64,000 bases of DNA from assembly GCA_021613535.1 (NCBI GenBank), contig CP075494.1:10168001-10232000 (forward strand). Direction: 5' to 3'. The DNA is from Adineta vaga. Its lineage: Eukaryota > Animalia > Rotifera. Below, piece after piece: positions 13,315 to 25,300 of this stretch. Numbering within the stretch: the stretch's first letter is position 1; every line of letters starts with the position of its first letter. The notes under the pieces were generated by a model. That model did not search any database and was not told the origin of the DNA. It saw only the letters and a program-made list of their open reading frames with translations. A program made the translations under genes and the position numbers.

Positions 13315-16300
13315 ATGAAGAGGAAGTCTCAAAAAGTAGTGCGCTGGTATCTTTACCTTCATTCAGATAAATACTATTATGATCGAATTCAATATCCTCG
13401 GTGTGTTCACTTTGTAGGACCCAACTCTTTTTATATTAGAGTATATTTTCGATTCATTAAACCTGTCCAAACCGACTTTATTGACATAAAACAAAATCCA
13501 GACATTCTCCGCCCATCATTCAAAGTAGTCGATAGGTCTCGACAACTTGATGAACATTCAATATCAACAAATCATTATACTCTATTCGAAGAATATGCTC
13601 CACCTGAAGACCATCAAACTTCATGGCAAACATCTGGATCCTTCTCTCATTACACAAACGACCGTTTGAAAAATGATGTAAATGATTCGAAAGACCTTCA
13701 ACATAAATGGTCTGAAAAGTTAAAGATGGGTATATCTGAATATTATTATGATCGAATCCAGTATCCTCGGTATGTTGACTTTGAAGGACCCAACTCTTTT
13801 TATATTAGAGTATATTTTCGATTCATTAAACCTGTCCAAACCGACTTTATTGACATAAAACAAAATCCAGACATTCTCCGCCCATCATTCAAAGTAGTCG
13901 ATAGGTCTCGACAACTTGATGAACATTCAATATCAACAAATCATTATACTCTATTCGAAGAATATGCTCCACCTGAAGACCATCAAACTTCATGGCAAAC
14001 ATTTGAATCCTTCTCTCATCGCACAAACGACCGTTTGAAAAATGATGTAAATGATTTGAAAGACCTTCAACATAAATGGTCTGAAAAGCTAAAGATGGGT
14101 ATATCTGAATATTATTATGATCGAATCCAGTATCCTCGGTATGTTGACTTTGAAGGACCCAACTCTTTTTATATTAGAGTATATTTTCGATTCATTAAAC
14201 CTGTCCAAACCGACTTTATTGACATAAAACAAAATCCAGACATTCTCCGCCCATCATTCAAAGTAGTCGATAGGTCTCGACAACTTGATGAACATTCAAT
14301 ATCAACAAATCATTATACTCTATTCGAAGAATATGCTCCACCAGAAGACCATCAAACTTCATGTCAAACATCTGGATCCTTCTCTCATTACACAAACGAC
14401 CGTTTGAAAAATGATGTAAATGATTCGAAAGACCTTCAACATAAATGGACTGAAAAGCTAAAGATGAATGTATCGAATCCAGATCAAAGTGAATTACCAT
14501 CAAGCAAGCATGAAAAATCGTCACAAACGTCAACAGATTCGACATCCTTCAAATCCATTTCATCGTTAGAAAACATACAACCAAATGCAAAAACGCAATC
14601 ATCTGTACCAAATACAGCTTCATTTATCAGTCTTGGTGGTGATTCATTAACAATGACCAAAATCTATTACCAGATCCAGTTGGAACTAAACATAGAACCT
14701 GGAGCTTTGAGTATGCGCTTATTCCACGAACACAACACCATAGCGGATCAAGTGAAATTACTACAACAAGCGGAATCTAAACAAAATAGATTCATACGTT
14801 GGCAACCATTACATATTACCAAAGGTAAAGATTTTTCATATCTTGAGGATGGAAAGTATCCTTTTTAATCATTTTAATTCTTCAGGCGTAACATCTTTCG
14901 CTCAAGAACGCATAATTCTTGATGAAGAAATCCGTTTTACCAACATAATCGCGATTTATAATGAATTGATCGCTTTACGAATAGTTCGAGGTTCAATACC
15001 AGTAAAACGTCTCGCTAAAGCTCTCCGAAATATTTTGTCTAAACACAAAATATTAACAACATCTTTCGTGTTCAATCACCTTGATAATATTCTGAATCAG
15101 ATCGTTAACGGCCATCAGGGTAAATTCGAATTAGCTCAGCCAAAGATATTCAGAACTGAAATTGAACTTCATCACATTATTGCTCAAACAATCATGGATC
15201 CCAACTTATTCGATTTAGCACGTGGTCACGTTTTTCAGTGTCGAATGCTCAAACATCAATTCTCACCTCATGACAATATTGATAATGATATCATCTCTAA
15301 ATCTGATGTTCTCCTTATAGTTTTTCATCATACAGTATACGATGGATCTACTTCTTCAATCTTTTTGAGTGATCTGTCCAGAGCTTACAATAACAATACA
15401 GAATGGTCAGAAGATCAAGAATCATTACAATATATCGATTATAGTGTGCATGAACGCCTGATGGACATGACAATATCACGTGATTTTTGGCGTTCTTACT
15501 TAGATGGATATAATGCCAATGGTCGATTATCATTACCAGTTGATCGACATCATTTGTCAAGTGAACAACGCTCCGGATATGCTTCCGTCATTGAATTTTT
15601 TTTAGAAAAGGACACTTCAGTGTCATTTATAAACTATGCTACGACATATCAAATTACACCATTTCAACTGGGTCTAGCTATATTTTATGCATTTTTGTTG
15701 AAACTATCACATAATCATCATGATCTATGTATTTCTTGCATTAATGCTAATCGTTATAGGCCTGAATTACAAAACTTAGTCGGAATGTTTGTCGCTACAT
15801 CACCATGCCGTGTTAAAGTTGATTCTAACTGGTCATTCCACGAACTGGTCAGATGTGTGCGAGAACAATGTTTGTCAATTATGGAACATTCTCATTATCC
15901 ACTACAGCATATTCTTGCTGATCTTCATTCGGATCAATCAATGGTTCCTTTTCTTGATATAATGTTTCATTTTGTTAATATATCTTCAAACATGTCACAG
16001 TTCACTTTGGACGAAACCAGTTTAGAACAAGTACCATTAGCACCTTCATCTGAAGTGGCTAAGTTTGATTTTATGTTGAAATTTGTGTATGACTCAACAA
16101 GTGACGATAGCAAAATATCGTTTCGTTTGATTTGTTCACGAGATGTATTTGATGACAGTACAGTCGCAACGACAGCTCGAAGATTCAAACAAATTTTTGA
16201 ACAGCTTTTTCCATCAAATTTAACCAGCGAACAAACTAATCTATGTGATACGCTCGTGACCAAACTTAATCTCATCCTACCAGAAGAAGATTTAGAAGTT

Positions 16301-19300
16301 CAAAACATGACTTTCTGTCGACAACCAAATGCAATTAACGAAGGTATGTTTTCATATCTCTTAACAAGACAGTCCAATTATATGAAACTAAAACACTACG
16401 AAATAAATATAAGTGTATCAGACATTTCTAAGATACTCGCTCTATCCTGGTGGCTATTTTCCTTCCATGGTTATTGGTTGTTTGACACTATTTTTTTATT
16501 ACAGCACCTGCATCATACGCACAAAGGCAACTTTGGGATTATGAACAGAATCTGTCAAACGCAGAAAAGTCATCAACAGCAATCTACAACATGCCTTTTC
16601 TGTATCGAATAACATCTCAACACGTCTTATCTGCCGAACGACTTGAGAAAGCGCTACGTCTGTTGGTTATTAAACATCAGTCTCTTCGAACCGCACTCGT
16701 CTTTCATCAAGAAAATAATGCTCTTGTGCAAAATATTATTGATCTTGATGATAATCACATCCATCTATTTGAATTTATTGAAAGTACATTCGAAACAGAG
16801 AAACAACTCAGCGATGTTATAAAAGATGAAAGACAAAACGCCCGTCATTTCAATCTTACTCGTGGCTTCGTTTTTCGATGTCATATTCTCTATCATAAGC
16901 ATATTTCTTTGAATCACATTGTGGCTGACAAAGATGCGATTATTTTCAATTTTCATCACATGATCTTTGATTTTGCATCAATGGACATATTTCTTCATGA
17001 TCTCAATCAAGCGTACACAACTGGCCAACTATCTTCGGAGAATGATGATACTCTTCGTTACCTTGATTGTAACTATCTACACATATTGTCTTTTCATACC
17101 ACGTCATTTAACTCTTCTTTCTCTTATTAAGATGCTATTGTTGAACAACAGATACCAATGATGGGTGCACGTATGTTTTGGCTTGATGCTTTGCATAATT
17201 ATGATCTAGATCGACCTCTACCATTACCATACGATCGACATCCTCTCTCACACAAGCATAGAACAGATCGTGGAACATCTGTTTCATTTGATTTTGGTCG
17301 AGATGTTTTTGATTCATTCTTGACATATGCATCATCACATTGCATATCGCTTCAGCAACTATCACTTGCTGTTTACTATGCCTTTTTATTCAAATTCACT
17401 AACGGTGAACGAGACTTATGTATTGCGATGACCATTAACAATCGATATAAAGAAGAACTGAAATCAGTGATTGGATTGTTTGACAATATTATTCCATTAC
17501 GATGTGAACTTCATCCACATTGGTCTTTTGAACAATTCATCGAATATGTTTGTGCGACAGAGATTGATAGCATGAAATATTCATATTTCCCACTTCAGCG
17601 TACTCTTGATCCAAAGTCGAATGGGAAAATAGATGCGTTATACGATATTGCTTTCGACTTTCAATCAAGCGACAAGAGGCAGAGTGCAGTGTTTATAAAT
17701 GATACGCAACTTTATCCAATGCTCACCTCTATCAACAGAAACAGGTACGAGTTGATGAATGCGTTCAATTTGTCACTTGCAACTAAATTTGATATGAATC
17801 TGAAGCAGCTATCATACACATGTAATGCATCACTTGATTCATTCAATGCAGAAACAGCTTTTATGATTGCACAACGATTTCAAACTTTGTTGGAACAGAT
17901 CTTTTGTGCAGCGGATGACAACATGAAGAAAACAATCTATGACCAATCTTTATTGTTAGCAAATGAAAGACTACTAATACAATCAATGAACAAAACAAAT
18001 ATGTTACATTCATCTGTTTCCTGTATACACCATGACTTTGCGTATCGAGTGATAAGACATCCTCAAAAACTAGCAGTTGAACTTGATGAACAATTTCTCA
18101 CGTATTCAGAACTTTTGCATCATACTCAAACTTTATCATTGCATCTTCTTAAGAAATATCATGTCATTCCAGGTGACATACTTTGTCAATGTGTTGAAAG
18201 GAGTTTATCAATGGTAAGTTAATGGATATGTTTTTATGAGAATAATGTGATATTTATGTTCATTAGGTTATCGGTATAATGGCAATTGAGATGATCGGTG
18301 GCGTGTACTGTCCATTATCACCTCGGGATCCGGAGCAACGATTGTATGCACTAGTGGAACAAACAAAAAGTCGTCTAGTTCTTATTCATCATCTAACAAA
18401 AACAAAATTTCCAGATAAATCCGTACTAGTTGACATTGATATATTACTGAATTGTAATAGTATCGATCATGCCATTAATATTGATCGACTATCGATTAGT
18501 ATAATCTCACCAGAAAGCATTGCTTATATCATCTTCACAAGTGGATCAACAGGAATACCGAAACCGGTAAAAAAAAGATAATATTCCTGTTACAGAGTGC
18601 ACTCTTCTTTAATATCTGTAGGCTCAACTTCGTCATCGAAATTTTACTGGATCAATTTATTCTTTGCTGCGTGTTGACATTTTCAATAATATCCATAATG
18701 TTATACAAATGGCACGATGCTCATTTGATATTCATGTTCAAGAAATCATCGGTACATTAATCATCGGAGCAACGCTAGTGATGCTACATCCAAGAGGCAA
18801 TATTGATTTTGAATATCTTTCTATGATCTTAGAATCTAAACAAATTACATTTTTGTATACCGTACCAACTTTGCTCAATTTACTTTTCCAGTTCATTAAA
18901 GAAAATGAGAGACTTTATTCGGTTAAATATCTTAAATCCCTTTGCACCGGAGGTTAGTTTACGAAATACTTTTTCATTAGCGTTCTTCAATCATTGTTTT
19001 TCTAATATTCAGGCGAACGTTGCTCCATACAGTTAGTAAAATTATTAGAGAGTATTGTGAATAGCAACTGTTCAATTTGGAATTTATGTGGTCCCGCGGA
19101 AACCACTTTGCAATCGTTATTTCATCGAGTGAATTCTAAATTAGATACAGAATCTGTACCACTCGGGAAACCACTTCCTCATTACCACTGTATGATTCTT
19201 GATGATTTCGGTCAATCAGTTATTGTTGGTCAAGAAGGAGAAGTGTTAATGGCTGGGGTAGGTATCTTTGCTGGTTATTTTCAACATGATGACTTAACAG

Positions 19301-22300
19301 CGAAGGTTCTTATCGATATTGATGGCGATGTCTATTATCGAACAGGCGATCTTGTTCGAATGGATAACAATGGACTTCTTCATTATGTTGGTCGAAAAGA
19401 TTTTCAAATCAAACTACGTGGTCAACGTATTGAATTAGGAGAAATCGAACGATGTTTACTCAATACATCCATATCTGCTTGTATTGTCGTAAAGTGGAAT
19501 GATAATCATCTCGTTGCTTATGTGCAAAGCTCTGGTACTAAGGAAGAACAACTACGTGAACATTGTCAATCTTATCTTCCACCACATATGATTCCATCGA
19601 TATTTATGATACTTGACAAACTCCCTCTCAATGCAAATGGGAAAATAGATCGAAAAGCTTTACCTATTCCGAACCTCACTATTGATTCATCTGATATACT
19701 TATTAATCAATATAGCGAACCAAAGGATGCACTTGAAATATACGTTCACTCATTATGGTGTAAGGTTCTTGGTCATACTAAAATTTCAACTAGTGCAAGT
19801 TTTTTTGATATCGGTGGTCATTCTCTATTACTTGTGCAACTGTACCAAAATTATAAGATGACTTCAGGTAATAATATCAATAAAATCAGTATTGCAGATC
19901 TTCTGCAGTATCCTACTGTTCGTGGCCATGCTCGTCTGATGGATCAGCAAATGAATAAATCACAAGCTTATGCAGATATTCCTTCAAAATTATCTACTAT
20001 GCTAGGTATATTTCATTGTTGTATCAAGTTTATATATACTTTCAAACAATCTTCTTTTTTTACACTAGCAAAAACAAATTCAACTCAGGAACAAATCCAC
20101 TTTATCCCACATAAAAGCATTAGTCTAATAGTTGATGAGTCGGCACGTTATCAACCATTTCCTGTTACAGACATTCAACAAGCATATCTTGTTGGACGCG
20201 AAGGTTTTATTGTTCTTGGTCATGTTGCTTCATTTTTTTATCAAGAATTCGATTTTCCGTCAACATTTGATACTGAAAGATTAGAAAAGGCACTAAATTA
20301 TTTGATCAATTATCACGATGCACTACGTATCGTTTTTCCGTCTCCTTCAGAACAAAGGATTCTCGAAAAAGTTCCTTATTACACTTTACAAAAACTGAAA
20401 TTAGATGATATTTTGACAGTAGAAAAACAATTAATAGAACGACGACAGCAACTCTCACATCAAATCCGACCAGCTGATCAATGGCCATTGTTTGATATTC
20501 AAATGACTCGTTTTAATGTTAAACATGACTATCAAATTCGTATACATATTGGTTTTGACGCGCTTATCATGGACTTCTGGAGCATGATCTTAATATTGCA
20601 ACAACTAAGTCATTTATATAATAATTTGAGCATTACCTTACCACCACAAGCATTTTCTTTCAGAGATTATGTTTTGGCCGAAGAACAGATCAAGCAATCA
20701 GACATTTATAAAATCGATAAACAATACTGGATGAATCGTTTGAAGACATTTCCTTTGGGTCCTAAATTACCTTTAGTACGTTTGCCACACGAAATACGTA
20801 TACAGCGACATTGCAATTCACAGAAAATATTGGATCATTCATTCTGGGATAAGCTGAGAAAAAAAATACTTGATAATAATCTTACACCGGCTGGTTTTCT
20901 AGCATCCATTTATGTTATCGTGCTGTCCAAGTGGAGCGAAAATAAACACTTCGCTTTAAATCTACCAATATTTAATCGGTTATTGATTCATCCGCAAATC
21001 AATGATATAGCGGGCGATTTTACAGCAGTTCTACCACTAGAAATCAATTTTAACGAACCAATCACATTCTATCAATTCATGAAAACTGTGCAGAAACAGC
21101 TATGGAATGATCTGGAGCATATATCTTACAGTGGCGTATCCTTTATTCGTGATCTGATGCAAGCACATCAGACAAGAGAAATAGTTTTACCTTTTGTTTT
21201 TACTTGTGGAATAGATATTGGTGGTGTAGGTCATAATAACACTCGAGAAAATATGTTCAATAATCGGTTGCCAATATATTCAGTTAGTCAAACACCACAA
21301 GTTTTCCTTGATAATGTAGTATATGAAAACAATGGGCGTCTAATCGTCAACTGGATATATGTAGAAGGTTTATTTTCGGCGGATCTCATCAACGATATGC
21401 ATAAGACATTCATGGACTTGATTTATGAGTTGAGTTCGTCTGATGATATGTGGCAACAACGTGTTTCCATACCGTTACCATCTAATCAGCAAAAAAGAAG
21501 ATTATATCTTAATGAAACACAGTGGGAATCGAATGTCGAACAGCAATTAATTCATTCTCTTTTCACTCAACAGGCTAAACAGACGCCAGATAAATTAGCT
21601 ATTATTTCATCACAAACAAATCTCACATACAAACAACTCATGAATCGTGTATATTCATTAGCATCTCATCTTGAGTCTGAATATAAGATACAACCTAATC
21701 AGCTTATTGCTATTCTAATGGAAAAAGGATGGGAACAAATTGTTGCTTGCCTGGCAATATTAGTTTCGGGTGGTGCTTATTTACCATTGGATATTGATTT
21801 ACCATATGATCGCCTTAGTTTATTGATCGAAGAAACCAATGCTCATATCATTCTTACACAATCTCATTGTCAACATATATTTTCACATTTAACAACTATT
21901 GCAGTGGATACATTTACATATAATAATCAACCAACAACATCATTTCCTATCAAACAACAATCACCAACTGATCTAGCTTATGTAATTTATACATCTGGTT
22001 CAACTGGAAAACCGAAAGGTGTTATGATTAGTCACCAAGCTGTGTTAAATACAATTCTTGACATGAATTCAAGATTGGAAGTATCGCCTAACGACAACAT
22101 ATTTGCATTATCACATTTGAATTTTGATTTGTCTGTTTATGATATATTTGGAATATTGATTGCTGGGGGAACTATTGTAATTCCGAATCATGAAGAATAC
22201 AAAAATCCTAAGCACTGGTATGATATAATGATTAAGTATGGTGTTACCATTTGGAATAGTGTTCCAATGCTAATGCAAATGTTGGTTGAACATGTCAAAC

Positions 22301-25300
22301 ATAACAGCAGTAAACAGCATCACCTACGACATGTCTTGTTAAGTGGTGATTGGATACCTTTAACGCTACCAAAAGCTATACAAACAACATTTGGTGAACA
22401 GGTAACAATCACTAGTTTAGGTGGTGCCACAGAGGCATCTATTTGGTCAATTGCTTATAATATACCAAACCTGGTACTTCAAGAATGGAAATCAATTCCT
22501 TATGGAGTACCATTACGAAATCAACGCTATTATGTTTATGATACTCATCTTGATGATTGTCCTGAATGGGTTATGGGTGAATTATACATCGGCGGTAGAG
22601 GTTTAGCTGATGGTTACTGGAATGATCAAGTAAAAACTCAATCAAGTTTTATTATTCACCCACGAACAGATGAACGTCTCTATCGAACAGGTGACTATGG
22701 TCGATTTATACCAGATGGTTATATTGAATTTATGGGTCGAAAAGATTTCCAAGTGAAAGTACATGGTCATCGAATTGAACTTGGAGAAATTGAATACCAT
22801 CTACAACAGCATTCAGATATTCATCAAGCGGTCGTTAATGTCGTGAAAAAGTCTCAACAGTTGGTTGCTTATGTTAAGCCAGAAAGACATTCGGTCCCTT
22901 CTGAAGAATACGATCCATCACAAATTGAAATCACAGATCGTATTGAACGTACTGATTTTAAAGTAGCAAGACATAGTATACAACATCATTATATAGAAGA
23001 AAAGAGCTATTCCTTAACAAAACCAAAATTAACCGACACATTAATCAACAAATATTACGCTAGAAAAAGTTATCGACAATTCACGAATGAAAGTATTGAC
23101 AGGTCGACTATTGAACATCTGTTAAAACAATGTTATAACATAGATGATAATACTTATCAGCCATCTCCATCACATTTCGATTTCGATACTCTGAGTGAAT
23201 TGCTCGCTGCATTAACACCAATCAATATTTCTGATCAACCTCTACCGAAGTATCGTTATGCATCAGTTGAAGAGCTCTATCCGGTTCAAGTATATGTCGA
23301 AGTACATAACCAGATAAATAACATCTCTTCTGGTCTTTATTACCATAATCCAGATAAACATACTCTAGAACTTGTTACTACACATCTCAATGATGAAAGA
23401 ACGAATATATGTTTACACTTCGTTGGCCGATCATCGGCAATTGCACCTCTGTATGGAAAAAAATTAGGCTACGAATTTTGTGTCTTAGAAACAGGATATA
23501 TGATCGGCTTATTGGAGAAAGAAGGATTTCGAATGGGATTAACATTTTCGAGAGACAATCATATTGAATATTTAAGAAGAGATGCTCTCGATGTGCAAGA
23601 AGACGACACCCATTACTGCTATACTATTTCCCTAAATGAGCAACACATGACGAATGATAAACATCATAACTATTATCGATGCCTTGTGTATATAAAATCC
23701 GGTATAAATAGAAAAGACGAATGGTTTAGTTATAATGCAGACACTGATTGCGCTATCTCTCACAGTAGCGGAGCTGAGACTAAAGAAGAAGCAATGCCGT
23801 TGTTTTTTGATGATGATAACGATGCAAAAGCTATCTTTCATGATTGCCAATGTGCAGTTTTCTTGATTGGAAATTCGAACTCTAGTTTACAGGCAGGCAA
23901 AATATCACATTTACTTATGGACAATTGCTTAGAGAAAAATATTGGTATATGCCCAATTGGAACTCGTACTAGTTTTCCAACAAAAATTAATAATACATTA
24001 GATAATATTATCGATAGTGCCAATCCAGATAAAGATAGCAGTTTACTGCATATTCTACTAATGGGAAAGATTAGTGATGAACAAAAATATGATCGAACGA
24101 CTTCGAAAGTAAAAACAATGCCTAAATGGAATGAAACATTAAAAATATATTTAAGTGCGAATCTTCCTACATATATGGTGCCATCACACTTTATGACTGT
24201 GTCGAAATTTCCGTTAAATTCAAATGGAAAGATAGACCGAAACGCTTTACCGGAAATATCTATGGAAATTATTCAGCAAGAAGCTATATATCGTGCACCA
24301 GCGACCGACTTAGAAAAGACGATTGTAAACATCTGGCAACAAGTATTATACATCAATGGATCAAATTCTCACCCACTGTTATCAGTTGACAATGATAATT
24401 CATCTTCAAGCTATTATTCGGATGCGAACTTATCTGAAACAAGAACACAACGGTTTCCGCCTATATCAACAACATCAAGTTTCTTCAATCTTGGCGGTGA
24501 TTCTCTTCTACTCGTTCAGATTTATCGACATTATCAATCAGTTTTTAGTTTTGACATCGAAACGACGAGTATTCGACCATTTTTTGAACGTGATACTGTA
24601 ATAGACCATGCAAAACTACTTGAAACCATAGCAGCCAATAACACTACACTCAAACAGTGGCACACATTACATATTGAAGAGGGTAAAATGTTTTTGAGTT
24701 TACTATGTCAATAACTTACAGTATGTGCTCAATAAATTTTTAGGCATCGCATCGTTTGCTCAAGAACGTATATTTCTAGATGAGCAAGTTCGTTTTTCTA
24801 GTCAAATCGCCATCTACAATGAGTTGGCAGCTTTACGACTTACTAATAGTTCATTGTCAGTAGATCGTCTGACAAAAGCTCTGCGATCTATTTTGAGCAA
24901 ACATAAAATATTACGAACCTCTCTCGTCTTCAATCATGATAACAATACTCTGATTCAACATATCAATGACTGCTATCTAACATTCAAACTAACACCAGAA
25001 AAAATATTTAGAAGCGAAAACGAACTTCATGACATTATCTTTGAAATAACGATTGATCCTGATCTCTTTAACCTACCAACTGGTCGTGTTTTTTATTGTC
25101 AAATACTTCGTCAACACATGCAATCTGGAAAAAGTAACAATAAAAAATTTATTGCACAGGGTGATGTAGTTATAATCGGTTGTCACCATGCTGCTGCTGA
25201 TCGATCAACCTTTTCGATTATTTTGAATGACCTATGCAAAGCTTACAATAGTAATGCAATATGGTTAGAAGATCAAGAATCATTGCAATATATTGATTAT

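Noticed and set aside
14886-16343. Calling the first domain of each C-C pair an epimerization domain
   Set aside because: The position fits, but E-domain signature motifs are absent and C-type motifs are present. Left as an open functional question in the findings.
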